A stretch of DNA of 64,000 bases, from positions 5,485,751-5,549,750 of the forward strand of contig OZ037773.1 of assembly GCA_964035545.1 (NCBI GenBank), in the 5' to 3' direction. Shown here in pieces: positions 39,801 through 53,439 of the stretch. Source of the stretch: Bugula neritina (taxonomy: Eukaryota; Animalia; Bryozoa). The translations under genes were made by a program, and so were the position numbers. The stretch's first letter is position 1. Each line of letters begins with the position of its first letter. The notes beneath the pieces were generated by a model that was given only the letters and a program-made list of their open reading frames with translations, ran no database searches and was not told the origin of the DNA.

Positions 39801-42800
39801 TACTAGTTGAAATTTTAAATTTACTTACATAAGTGAATCTTTTGCGGGAAGGGTCTGTATAAGTACATGTAAGTTTCAGTGAGTCTCCCTAAAAAATGCC
39901 AAAACATAAAGTATATTATGTTACAAAATCAACAATTTCATTAACTAACTTATCAAAACCTATGGTTAATGTTTTGTATCATTGTTTTTGCTATCATATA
40001 ACTACGCCATAGTATAAATTACAAGGATTGGCCGATGTTTTCAATCTTACAGCTTTAATTTGCAAAACGTTATTTTGAAAAATTCCTGATGTATATATCA
40101 CAAAACCATTATTGCATTAGTTATGGTGCATGTTATATATTGCAATATTTATTAACATAGTGCAAGCCAAACCAAATTGGACGTTATAGAAATTATGAAC
40201 TCATTTTACAGGCTCTCCCAGCATATAGCTTTTGATTTTTAATCTCCTTACAGGTATAATTTTTTTGGGCACCGGAAGAAGTCGATTTTCCTGATAATTG
40301 AAGTCATAAGAATTGTCTTCTGTCAGTACTTCACTTTGGCTGCCATCTTTACTGTACCAGTCGAGTTTGACTTTGGCTCCAAGAAGATGGGTGTGTAGAA
40401 TATAACCAAACACAGTTACACCATTATCCGGTATCCACTGATAAATATATAATAAACATTTTAGTTTTGTGAATCGTATGGCAATAACAATTTATTTAAA
40501 AAGTATAAATTCAAATTTCGAGAAGATAAGAATTCTAGAATTTTTTTATAGATACACAGCAGAAAAATAAAGTGACACTACTATGAGATTAGTGCAATGC
40601 ATGGTATTAAATTAAACTAATACTTTTAGTTCCATAAATTTGTTTTAACCTTTAAACCACACAGGCTGAAATTTAGTATAAACTATAGAAATCTACATCA
40701 TTTAAGCAAAAATAAAATTAATTCGATTAAAGTAGGTTGCAGAATTTAGAATATGCACAGCTGTTTTTTCAAGTTATTATTAAGGTGAGGTCGTGTTTGA
40801 GTTTGCTACAAGCTGCTAAATAAAAGCATGAATCCCTGCTGACCCGATATTAGATAACATCTACGCTCATTCAGCAATAAATAGATGTCTATCTAAAAAT
40901 TAAGACACACCTGTTCAGTACAACTTGTGTGACATATAGAAAAATATTCAAAATTCTCTGGTTTTGGAGGTACGATCAAGCCATCGACTGCTCCCACTTG
41001 AAAAGTGCCTGCATCCTGCTCTCTTAAGTTGGAGGTATAGGTTACCCTGAGTCCTGAAGAGTCTACCCATGCTACAAAACCACACAGATCACACTAAGAT
41101 GGCAAACATGTGAGGCAGATTCTTTGCTTTAAACTCTAGAGCCTAGAATGTTCTCTAGCAGAAGTAAAAGCAAGTAGGCTTATGAATTAAATTTTACTCA
41201 CAAGAAACAGCAAAGCATTAAACCTACTGTCCAACAGTTGTGGGTTATCATAGTGAGTCTCTAGCAGGTAATAATCAGGGCTGGAGCCATCACTACCACC
41301 GAATGATACACCAGTGTGGGCAGGCCAATAAAACTTCTATAAGATAAAGAAGTCAAGTGTAGACGGCAGATGGCTGAAAGTTATACAAAACAATGATAAA
41401 CTCACATAAATTGGCAATTTTGCATCTTTAGCTAAAAAATATGTTTGTATTTTATGCAAATGGTTTAGAAATTCTTATAAGTTTTTTTAAGACTGTAATA
41501 AAAATGCTAATTAAGATCTGTAAAAATATGCCCAGCAACTAAAAGGCTATATACTACTGGAATCTTTGATGGCAAATATTATTTAGTAATAAGACAGTCA
41601 TGCTTACTGAGCCTCCAATGGCCCAGGCGTACTCCATGTTAAAGCAAGACAATGCAAATTCCGGCATTTCGGGGGTGTTGCAGATACCCTTCGTCTTGTT
41701 GTTGTTTCTCAGATGTTCCTTGTCTACTCCCCAACAAGCAAAGAGCAGCATATGGTGTACCAGTGCTTCATTTCCTTCGGTTATCAAAGGTTCAATCTAA
41801 ACAATTGAAAATATTTCATCATAATCTGGACATGAATAGACTGGCTGTTTGCCAGCTGACTAGCAACTTCAAGGTCACATTTAATTTAGTTCTGGTTTAG
41901 ATATTTATCTAGAAGCATAATGAAGAGGTCATTCACCAACTTTTTGACACAACAGCTGCCATGCAAATACTTTTATCACAAACAGAATTTAGTTGGGCAA
42001 AAGTTGGCACAAAATTTGTCAGCTGACAAAAGCAGCAACAAACTCTCAAACCAAATGCTTTTTACATTGAATTACTGTCCACTGCTTGTACCAGAGCTGG
42101 CAGCCAAGATAAAAACTTTACAAGCTCTGGGTTTACTCTAATGAAGTGTTTTTTAAGCAGGTCATGCCCTGATGCTTGTAAAAAAATACGATTTTATCTC
42201 TAAAAATTGGGAGTTAGTTATTTGCAGAAAAATACATTGCTTTCAGGAAGATTAAAGCAGAACTGAAATGCTTAAAAGTATTAAACTGTCAACTTACTGA
42301 TAAGATATGATGTTTAGAATCTAATTCTGGAGGGTCATGGAATGAACAGTAGTATGTAGTATCTGTTGCTGGCACGTGGTACTAGAATATAAGATGCATC
42401 ACTTTGTAACTCAAATAGTGATAACTGTGTTACTTTATTACAATATTACTTTAATGATAGACATGATAATATGGGTTGTGAGTGGATGGATTTAAACAAG
42501 ATACACGCATATCTAATATAGGAGTTATGGTATAATGAAGAGGATATGTCAGTATACCAAAACTTGAATGCAGGCTCAGTAAGAGCAGCCATGGTCTAGA
42601 GAGCTACATCGTTGGCTTAGTAAACACAAAGTCATGGGTTTGAGCCCCAGTTAAAGCTATATCAGTGGTGTTAGGAAAAGCATCCAGTCATTGTTGCTGT
42701 TGTGCCTCATTTGAATAAGTATCTAGCATGCTTTAAAAAGCCCTTTCCATTATCGGTTATTACCGAGACAGCAACTACAAAATTTTTTGAGTTTTTATAT

Positions 42801-44189
42801 ATGCAGTCTTATTGAAATCTCAGTAATTGCAAGAGTAGCACTAAAATTTACTTACATCTGTTACTTTCAGATCAAAATACTGCAAATCATCTGGCAGACT
42901 AGCATCTGGTATCTTAGAAGCTGTATCCAGGAGGTAAACACTCTTCACACCTCTGTTGGTAGCTCCGTGGTAGTTTAAGGAAGAGAGTACATTGTTAGTA
43001 GGATCAGTTTCTCCAAATGCATAAATCAATCTGGTAGTAGAGGTCTGGAGTATATAGCACACTATTACTGCGGTAATTGTCATTAAAAATATAGATGAAC
43101 GATGTTTAAATCTTAAAAAGTACAGATACAACTGCTGGTTTTTGAAAAGCTCACCTGGAACATTGTTTTGCAAAAATGAAATGCGCTGAATAAATTTAAG
43201 TTTTTGTTTTATCAGCTCATTAGTTAAAAAAGCTTTATAAGTATAAAAAGGATGAAAGGAGTGATTGAGGTTTCAGTAGAGAAGTTTTAGTGTACCAGGA
43301 CAGAAGGAGTGATTGAAGTATGCAGCATGATAATAGTGGAACGATTTAAGTACTAATGACAACAGGTGACTGCAGTAACATTACCTCAACTATCTGTTAC
43401 TCACCAATATGACTGCGTCTTCACCATCACATGTGTTGATTTTCCTTTTGAAAGTAACAGATGTGACACCATTGACTTCTGAAGCAGAAACTAAACTGAC
43501 ATCTTGAGAGGAATCAACCAGAGGTAGCTGGTTTCCTGTCGCATGCATATCCTAGAACATGATGTCTTGTGATGTTGAATGGGTATAAATCTCAAAGAAT
43601 AAACTGTGAAAAGGAACTTAGAAAAAAGAAAGGAGAGATTGGCAAGTCAGAAGCACAAAAAAAGGAAAAAACTGCAAGAGCAGCTGAATTTACACAACAT
43701 GGCTATGCAATCAGTTGTTGTACCATGATATGGCTGGTGCCTTCTGAGTCAATCCAGGCTACAATCAGATCTGCACCTGTCATTGCACCATTAGGGGAGA
43801 ATCCAAGACCCACCCAACCTTCTGTGTGAGCAGATATCTACAAGTGCATAATTAAGCTATTATAGCTACATTATAAAATAGTCCTGAAAAATTATAGATG
43901 AAAACAACCTAATATATTATACATAGGGTGCGCACTCGAGCGTATGCATGTGTGTCGGGTGTGCGTGGGTATGGGTTTGTGTGTGTGTGTGTTTGTGTGC
44001 GTGTGTGCCTGGGTGTGTACGGTAGAATAAAGCGAAACTCACTGTGAATACAATCTCACTATCTGCAGTTGTCTCACCAAAAGACCAAGAGACATTGAAA
44101 TTTCCTCCAGGAGCTAAAGATGCTGAAAGATCTTCTGTGCTCACAAAGTTACAAAGTAACATCAAAATAAAGAGTGGTGCTGTTTCCAT
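36878..44189 (-). CDS. MOXD1: DBH-like monooxygenase (MOXD1-like) copy B, intact, 611 aa
   Basis: Exons 44189-44043, 43837-43724, 43551-43405, 43044-42856, 42381-42298, 41796-41608, 41336-41228, 41071-40911, 40437-40252, 39888-39829, 39248-39103, 38736-38598, 37042-36878; total 1836 nt, all GT-AG, in frame. Signal peptide METAPLFILMLLCNFVST; DOMON GWVGLGFSPNGAMTGAD...YHG; CuH VHHM and ETHYDNP; CuM HTH and DEMC; YDFNYQE motif; C-terminal NSGA plus hydrophobic tail. Confidence 0.93.
37257..37330 (-). other. tRNA-like sequence (pseudo-tRNA or SINE head; Ala/Thr-like)
   Basis: GCCCCTGTAGCATAATTGGTTAGCGCGCCTGCTTGCAAGCCGGAGGTCTGTGGTTCGAATCCTGGTGGGGGGCA with clean A and B boxes and TTTT just downstream, but a 6-nt anticodon loop and mismatched D and T stems. 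Confidence 0.55.
38112..38322 (+). mobile_element. tRNA-derived SINE, family 1, copy 4 (copy B intron 12)
   Basis: Perfect 16-bp TSD TTGATACTCCTGTTGC (38098-38113 and 38325-38340); empty site visible in copy C at ~47173-47188. Confidence 0.92.
42583..42795 (+). mobile_element. tRNA-derived SINE, family 1, copy 5 (copy B intron 4; diverged)
   Basis: Family match; same intronic position and flanks as copy 7 in gene C. Confidence 0.85.
43940..44018. repeat. Degenerate (GT)n in copy B intron 1
   Basis: GT/GC dinucleotide-rich tract. Confidence 0.85.
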
Positions 44190-45038
44190 AGCAACCAGAC
44201 TACAACAAACATTAAACATGCAATGTACTACTAATTTAGACTATCTATGTAAGGAACTAAATTTCATTTGTATAGAGCAAGGCTATCTTTTTTAACATCG
44301 ATAATAGAAATAAAAGATACATTAGTGAAATTGACAGAAGGTTTGCTGACCATGCTATTTAATACTATTAAAACTATATTTTTATAACAACAATGATTTA
44401 ATGAAGTAATGAGAAGTCCCTGACAAATTCAGTAATCAATTTGGTGCTCCTAGAAAGCATTAGAGCCACAGTCATAAATAATTATTATAATGCATTATAC
44501 CTATAGGATGTCATGCTTGTGTAAACGCTAATAGCTATAATAAAGCTGTAATAGCTCCTACAACTTTGCAACATGAGAAATTGTCTGACTATGAAATAAA
44601 GAAATCTCAATCTAAATTTGCCAAACATAAAACCTGAAACTTTAAACCAAAGTTAAGCAAAAATGTATATATCTGAACAGTTAAGGCTGTTGAAAACTTA
44701 AACTCAACAAATGAAATATATTATATTGAATTATGATTTAGTAACTGTAGCCTTTGTTAGTATAGCAGTAGTTTATTAGTAGCTTCTGTTCATAAACTTT
44801 GTAACTATTATACCTGTGAATATCCCTGTAATTGTCTAAAGTGTTATTTCAAAGGCTTTTCTTTACTATCACTGACTATAGTCTTTGCATCACATCGAAA
44901 TCGAACACTGCACCCAGCAATAGTAAAATAAAACACAGCTTGCAGTATTTAGACTTTAGACCATCACACCTTATAGCCAAAGCTCGTGCGACATCATTTC
45001 TAACGTCCCTTAAGTGTAATCACAGCATTATACATCAA

Positions 45039-45304
45039 TTTTATATCCATTGGAGGCTGGTAATTATAATAAAGAACTAAAGGCTATGATGAAACAGACT
45101 ATGTTGATAACTTGACCTTTGACCTAAGTGTGTCAACTGACTATCAACTGGTTTATTTGTCATTATTGTAATGTCTCAAGCCACTTGCTGATATTACTGT
45201 TAAGATTACTTCCACTATGGCTGTGATGATTGAAAACAGTTGCAAAAACTCAGGCACCTAAAATAATAATACTCTTGCTGTCTGCATGTGTAGGTATCAC
45301 GTGA
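45039..45304 (-). promoter_or_regulatory. Candidate core promoter of copy B: TATAAAA (45045-45039), DR1 AGGTCAAAGGTCA (45125-45113), E-box TCACGTGA (45297-45304)
   Basis: Motifs seen directly, at equivalent positions in C (54312, 54384, 54561) and D (62808, 62892, 63060), upstream of a conserved CAG|GTAT donor. Function is inferred. Confidence 0.4.
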
Positions 45305-45877
45305 TATCTTATAAAGTGATTTATAGATCATACAAGTTTGCAAAGCAAATATATCACACAAACTATAGAATATGCAAAACGAATGCATCATGTACCTTAA
45401 CAAACACAGAATTGCAACTCCACTAACCCAATTAATAAAATAGCAGATTTATGTTCATGTGAAATATATGCAAGCCTGTCTCAATAGCATGTTTGGTGAT
45501 ATAACAATTAAATTTTATTAAGTGTTTTTATTAACTCATTTTATCACCAAAATAACTTGATTTCTGTTGAAAGTGTGAACAAATTTATAGAAATTTTATT
45601 ATTTTTCATATTATAATAAGCAAAACATAATGCAAATACTCTCTATAATTTACCCGATCAAATTTATATAGAAATACACTCTAATGCAAAAAATATAATT
45701 GTAAAAGCATCTGTAAAAGCATCAATGTATAACAAAAAATCAGCTTTTTTGGTAAAAATATTAATTGTAAAAAACTATGGCATATTGTAATATTAGGTGT
45801 TATAGAAATTAGACATATACTGCTACGTATTTATTATCAAAAAGTAATATCAGAGTTGTCTGCCCTATTACTGTGAG

Positions 45878-48800
45878 TCACATTAGTTTATAGACAAGAG
45901 AAAACAATCCCACAACTGAGTACACTAAATACAAACTAGCTGAACTCTTAGCTCCACTATTTGGTGTATCTTGAAGACAAGAGTTACCTTGAGATACTGG
46001 TGGATCTGGGAAAGACTTGGGAGATATCGGTACAAGGACATTCTAAAACACACAGACACCCTGTATGTAAACTCATGCAAGTTTATAGTCCTTGTCTCTG
46101 TAAGAATCCCTGATGGAAAAGGTTTTTGTTTAATCAGGCTGAAGACTTATTCAGATTGGGCACAGGAGCAATTATGACTGGATGCTCTCCCTAGCATCAC
46201 CAATGGTCTTTGTCAGGGTTCGAACCCATGACTCTGTGCTTACCAGGCAAACGCTCTAACCCCTAGACCACAGCTGCTCCCTCTGTGTGTAGTTCATAGC
46301 CAATATGTTGCAAATGGGCTGATAGTCTAACTGTGTTGATAGGTTTGAGGATTTGAATGTGTTTTTGGTTAAATTCAGAGAAATTTCAGTGACAAAAGCG
46401 ATATCAGTCATTTAATTATCAGTATATTTAATTAATTGATTGATTGATTCTTTGCTGGGGTGGGGCGTCATATGATAACTAAATGGTATGTAATGGAACT
46501 CAACATAGTTGAATGGTACTGAGTCTAAGCCACTGAACAATAAAAAGGCATAAGAAGAAGACTTCCAACTACACACACATGCACACAGGCACACACAAGT
46601 CACAACCTTTGATAATACCATAGGGTTCATTAACTTAAACTACTGCAGAAAAAGGTTGAGTAGATGTCTGTTTACTGTATAAACTTTCTTAAAATATATA
46701 GAGGTCATTTTAGAATTGGCATGTTAGTGATGCATATATATCTTATATTGAACATACTGAACAGATGTGTATCACAAAGTTTTAATGATATATACAACCA
46801 TTAAACTTTGCTATAAACATATCAAATGTCAGCTGAATGTTTTGCAATGCCTATTTTATAATTTCATTTTTAGCAGTAAAAGTCATAAAATGCCAATCAA
46901 AATTTAAATAATGTTAAGCAGTGCTGAAAATTTGTAGTTGAACAAGTTCTGTTAAAAGAATATTATTTTTTCAGTTCAACTATGAAGGAAGCTGCAGCTG
47001 GTGATCTGTGTTTAGTCTGTTTTATATTATGTAGCTATAAAATTGCTTTTAATTTTCAGTCGCAAAGATGTGTTTAATTCTATGATAAGTTTTAAAAGTT
47101 TATTCTAGACTGAGATTCAGTGAAATATTGTGCTAGCAAGGTGCACCTCACATCAGTGAAATAGAAGGAAATTTGATGTTCCTGTTGCCAAGGCTATTTC
47201 TTGCTTAAAGCAAGATGATGCATCATAACAACACAAGCTCAACAAAGACAGCACTTTAACAGAATTTCAAACCTAATCAGCAGCATTTCTTCCCAGCATA
47301 AAGTCAGTGTAGGACAAAATTAAACTACAGAAGTCTGTCGGCCATAGCTACCATTGATTATCAATACATAGATTTCCTCAAATATACGATTGAAGAAATA
47401 CTTAGCTAACCATATGAACATATATTATTAATAATATTGTTTACCGGAAAATTAATGTGAAATGAGAGTTTAGTACAGAAAGAGTAGTGATCAGCCTCGT
47501 AGTAACTTCTCTGTAGAACCAGAGTGTCTTCTTTGGACCATTTTGCTATTTCCAACAGCTTGATGTTACTCTGGTTAGTACTGCAATAATACCATATATG
47601 AACATTATAAAATGAAATATTATATATTATATCTCAACTGCATGCAAAGCCTAAAAAAAAATAAGCGCAAAGAGATACAGCAATTCGAAACTGTTATAAC
47701 TCTCTCATTAGGTTATATGTAAGTAAAGTTAAACTGAAAGTTGTAAGTTTAGCGATTTAAGCCTTGCGATAACTCCTAATAATGTACCACGGCTATGGAC
47801 CTCTGATTTGAGTATTTTTGCACTCGCATAAACCACAGCCACTTGCTGGGAGTGTCACTTTAAATTTGAGGACAAGAACTATCACAAACAATTGCTTTTT
47901 ATGGTGCCATACCAAGCTCTACTGGAAATACATAAATTAGGAATCACAGCTGCTTTCTAAAAGAACTGCACAGTTACAGATGTCTTGGACAACTTTCTTC
48001 TGTAACTGATATGAATTAAATAATTAATCCTGACCTGCTAGTGTTGAAACCCCATCTCTGATAAAGAGGAACAGTTTGGTTGATATTGATGCCGGTGAAA
48101 GAACCACACGTTGTGGCTTGTTGTTTGGGATAGTAGTTGAGTATAGCTAGACACATTTCATCTGTTGATGGTTGTCCACCCTAAAATATACACATACTCT
48201 GTAATGGTTAGTAGATCTGCATAAATCATTAGCAAAATAATACAGTCTCTCCCCCATAGAGTAGATTTCCACACAATACACCCCTCCTCCTGTTAGTGAT
48301 AACCTATTCACAGATGTCAAAATAGCAGCTTTTATTCAGCAGATTTTATATACGCTGAGTAATTATTGTAAATGGCGTAGTGATCTAACTGGCAGAATAT
48401 TATTTGGTGAGTTCACTTCTCAAGTTTTCAATTTAAGCAATAATAAATATTAACTCATTAGTAAACATACAATTGGTCAGAAGTCTAATTACTTTAGCTT
48501 GTGACATAATGTGTGTTAGCCGGTAAATCTTACACAATTTTACACACCACATTTAGCTTCATGTGCCTGGGTCTTTACAGAGTTATCCTTAACACTATAA
48601 GGTTACGTAGAAGTCATGTGAAACCCTAACAATCTGACACCAACACAACATGAAGATATTATAGCACTAGACTCTAGAGTGTAATTATATTATTGTGGCT
48701 AAATTCAAAGGAATATTAATCATAATAACTATTACTTTGGATGGTCAAGATTCATATCTACTTACATAAGTAAATCTGTTGCGAGAAGAATCTGTGTAGG

Positions 48801-51800
48801 TACATGTAAGCTTCAATGAGTCTCCCTAGAAATTGTCAACAACATAAAGTTTGTTACAGAAATAGCAATTTTATTAACTAATATATTGCATGCAAACTGT
48901 CATGACCTATGGTTAATGCATATGTACCATTATCGTTGCTTCTTTTATTATGGCAATAGCATAGATTATAAGCAGTGTCCTGCTACTTTATATCATATGA
49001 ATTTTACAAAACTGCCTTGAAAAATTTTTAAATACCGTATCCCTAAATTACTACTGCATTACTTATGGTGCATGTTTTATATTCAATATAATAATTATAT
49101 TAACATAGTGCAAGCCCTACCAAATTCATAATAATAAAATCACTTTACAGCTGAAAGGATATAGTTTTTAATTTTTAATGTACTTACAGGTAAAAGTTTC
49201 TTAGGCACGAGAAGCAGTCGGTTTTCCTGATAATTGAAGTCATAAGAGTTGTCTTCTGCCAGTACCTCACTTTGGCTGCCATCTTTACTGTACCAGTCGA
49301 GTTTAATTTTAGCTCCGAGAAGATGGGTGTGTAGAAGATAACCGAACACAGTTACACCATCATCTGGTATCCACTGATAAATATATAATAAACATTTTAG
49401 TTCTGTGAATCCTTTGGAACATTTAAAAATTCAAAGCTTTTCCACTTTTTAATGGACTGAGATTTCTATAGAACTTTTTTTCAAGGATAAACAGCAGAAG
49501 AAGGGAATGAAACTTTTATGACATTATTGCAATGTATGTTATTAAATCAAATTAAAACTTTTGGTCCCATGAATTTGTTTTAACCTTTAAACCATATAGG
49601 CTGCAATTTAGTATAAACCATAGAAATCTACATCATTTAAACAAAAATAAAATTAATTTGATTAAAGTAGGTTGTAGAATGTAGAATATGTACAGCTGCT
49701 TTTTCAAGTTATTATTAAGATGAGGTTGTGTTTGAGTTTGCTACAAGCTGCTAAATAAAAGCATGAATCCCTGCTGACCCGATATTAGATAACATCTAAG
49801 CTCATTCAGCAGCAAATGAATATTTATCTAAAAATTAAGACACACCTGCTCAGTACAGCTTGTGTGACATATGGAAACATATTCAAAATTCTCTGGTTTT
49901 GGAGGTACAATCAAGCCATCAACTGTTCCCACTTGAACAGTGCCTGCATCCTGCTCTCTTAAATTGGAGGTATAGGTTATCCTGAGTCCAGAAGAGTCTA
50001 CCCATGCTACAAAACCACACAGATCACACTAGCTAAGAAAAAGATTGCAAACTTGTGAGGCAGATCCTTTGCTCTGGAGCTTAGAATGTTCTCAAAGAGA
50101 AGTAAGTTAGGTTCATGAGTCAAGTTGCCACTCACAAGAAACGGCAAAGCAATAAACCTATTGTTGGGGCTTTCCTTAATGAACGATAGCTTTTCACATA
50201 TCATCTCAGCTATATTACGCTTTTCCACTTTCAGTATAGCTAATACACAAAAGCTAATTTTTTTACTACTATCAAAAAACCCAGCAGTTTTCACTTATCC
50301 ACACTTGCATCTCACCCTTGTACTTGCAACTGATAACTCATGAGATAACCTTTTTTACGCATTGCTTTTCTTTCAGTCTGCTATAATAAATATATATTTC
50401 TCTAACTTAAAACACAACACCTACTGTCCAACAGTTGGGGGTTGTCATAGTGAGTCTCTAGCAGGTAATAATCAGGGCTGGAGCCATTACTACCACCGAA
50501 TGATACACCAGTGTGAGCAGGCCAATAAAACTTCTAAAAGATATAATGGTCCAGTGCGGATAGCAAATGGCCACAAGTTATACAAAGCAATGATGAACCA
50601 ATATAATTATATTGAGAATTTGGCATCTTCAGCTTAAAAATCAGTTTGTATTTTATGCAAATGATTTAGAAGAACTCATAAGTTATAAAGGTGCGATGAA
50701 AATGCAAAGATCTTTAAAAATACATACAGGAACAAGAAGTTTATTCTATTGGAATTTTTGATAGCAACAATCTAAGTATAAACTGTCATGCTTACTGAGC
50801 CTCCTACGGCCCAAGCATACTCCATGTTAAAGCAAGAAGATGCAAATTCTGGCATCTCAGGGGTGTCACAGATACCCTCCGTCTTGTTGTTGTTTCTCAG
50901 ATGTTTCTTGTCTACTCCCCAGCAAGCAAAGAACACCATATGGTGTACCAGTGCTTCATTTCCTTCGGTTATCAAAGGTTCAATCTAAACAATTCAAAAT
51001 AGTTCATTACGATCTGGACATGAATAGACTGGCTATCAGCCAGCTTACTAGCAACTTCAAGGTCACATGTAACTTAATTCTGGTTAAGATATTTATCTAG
51101 AAGCATAATGAAAAGGGTGTTCACCAATATTTTTACAATGATTTCGACATCAGATGGCATGCAAATACTTCTGCCATTGACATATTTTAATTGGGCAAAA
51201 GTTGGCACAAAATTAGTCAGCTGACAAAAGCTGCAGCAAACTCTTAAACCAAATGCTCTTTACTGTCTACTGCTTATAACAGACCTGGCAGTAAGATAAA
51301 ACAACTGTACAAACTCTATGTTTACTTTGATTAAGGATTTTCTAAGCTTGCAAGTTATCTTCATAATGCCGTAATGGTTGTGAAAAAAAGTTAGACTTGA
51401 TCTCTACCTAATAACTGGAAGTTAGTTATTTGCAATTGCAATACATTGCTTTCACTGAGATTTCCAACAGAACTGAAAGACTTAAAAGTATTTAACTTTA
51501 ACTTACTGATAGGATGTGGTGTTTAGAGTCCAATTCTGGAGGATCATGGAATGAACAGTAGTATGTAGTATCTGTTGCTGGCACATGGTACTGAAACAGT
51601 AGATACTGGGGATAACTTTACTTCATTACAATATTACTTTAATGATAGACATGATGATATGGGTTGTGAGTGGATGGATTTAAACAAGGTACATGCATAT
51701 CCTATTATAAGGGTTATAATAAAATGAAGAGGATATATCATTATACCAAAACATATATGCAGTCGCATTGAGGAGCAGCCGTGGTCTAGGGGGTCAGAGC

Positions 51801-53439
51801 ATTGGCTTAGCAAATATAAAGTCTTGGGTTGAAACCTCAGTAAAGACCATCGGCAGTGTTAGGAAGAGCACCGGTCATTATTGCTCCTGTGCCATATTTG
51901 AATAAGACCTTAGCCCACTTTACCAAACCCCTTTTCTATCAGGGGTTTTCACAGAGACAGTGACTATAAACTTGCGTAGGTTGTTATATATGCAGTTTCA
52001 TTGAAATCTTAGAAGTAGCAAGAGTAGCAATAGACTTTACTTACATCTGTGACTGTCAGATCAAAATACTGCAAATCATCTGGCAGACTATCATCTGGAA
52101 TCTTAGAAGCTGTATCGAGGAGGTAAACACTCTTCACACCTCTGTTGGTAGCTCCGTGGTAGTTTAAGGAAGAGAGCACATTGTTGGTAGGATCAGTGTC
52201 TCCAAATGCATAAATCAATCTGGTAGTAGAGGTCTGGAGTATATAGCACATCATTACTCCAGTAGTTGTCATTAAAAATATAGATAAACCATGTTTGAAT
52301 CTTAAAAAGTACAGATACAACTGCCGGTTTTTGAAGAGCTTACTTAGAACATTGTTTTGCAAAAATGAAATGCATTAAATAAATTTAAGTTTTTGCTTTA
52401 TCAGCTCATAAGTATAAAAGAGATAAAAGGAGTAATTGAGGTTTCAGTTAAGAAGTTTTAGTGTACCAGAACAGAAGAAGTGATTGAAATATGCAGTTGT
52501 AGCTTTGCACATCGCTTACTCAGCATGATAATGCTGGAACGATTTAAGTACTAATGACAACGAGGTGACTGCAGTAACATTACCTCAACTATCTGTTACT
52601 CACCATAATGACTGCATCTTCACCATCACATGTGTTGATTTTCCTGTTGAAAGTAACAGATGTGACACCATTGACTTCTGAAGCAGAAACTAAGCTGACA
52701 TCTTGAGAGGAATCAATCAGAGGTAGCTGATTTCCTGTTGCATGCATATCCTGGAACATTACGTCAATCTTGTGATGTTGAATAGGTACTTAGAAAAAAG
52801 AAGAGAAAGACTAAAAAGTCAAAGGTGTACAAAAGGAAGAAACTGCAAGAGCAGCTGAATTTATACAGCATGGCTATGCAATCAGTTACTGTACCATGAG
52901 ATGGCTGGTGCCTTCTGAGTCAATCCAGGCTACAATCAGGTCCGCACCTGTCATTGCACCATTAGGAGAGAATCCAAGACCCACCCAACCTTCTGTGTGA
53001 GCAGATATCTACAAAGTGCATAGGCTATAGCTACATTATCAAATAGTCCTGAGAATTGTAGATGACAACAACTCAATATATACGTGTGCGGGTGTGTGTG
53101 TGTGTGTGTGCGGGTGTGTGTGCTTGCGTGTGCGTTTGTGTTTGCGCATGCGCTTGTGCTGTCGCGTAGGTTTGCGTGTATGTTCGTGTGTTTGTGTGTG
53201 CTCGTGTAGGTGGGTGGATGTGCGTGTGAGTGTTGTGTTTGTGTACATGAATGGGTTTCCGTGTGTGTGTAGTGGAATAATACGAAACTCACTGTGAATA
53301 CAATCTCACTATCAGGAGTTGTATCACCAAAAGACCAAGAGACATTGAATTTTCCTCCAGCAGCTAAAGATGCTGAAAGATCTTCTGTGCTCACAAAGTT
53401 ACAAAGTAACATCAAAATAAAGAGTGGTGCCGTCTCCAT
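45878..53439 (-). CDS. MOXD1: DBH-like monooxygenase (MOXD1-like) copy C, intact, 610 aa
   Basis: Exons 53439-53293, 53008-52895, 52750-52604, 52233-52045, 51590-51507, 50984-50796, 50533-50425, 50006-49846, 49373-49188, 48825-48766, 48180-48035, 47580-47445 (one codon shorter than in A/B), 46042-45878. Open frame; all CuH and CuM ligands present. Confidence 0.93.
46069..46281 (-). mobile_element. tRNA-derived SINE, family 1, copy 6 (copy C intron 12)
   Basis: Family match; flanked by ctgtatgta/ctgtgtgta duplication; empty site in copy A (cagacaccctgtgtgtagttc at ~26041). Confidence 0.88.
51773..51985 (+). mobile_element. tRNA-derived SINE, family 1, copy 7 (copy C intron 4)
   Basis: Family match; paralogous insertion site shared with copy 5. 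Confidence 0.87.
53084..53270. repeat. Degenerate (GT)n in copy C intron 1
   Basis: Longer version of the tract in B; only a short TGTGTGTGC seed in D. Confidence 0.88.
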
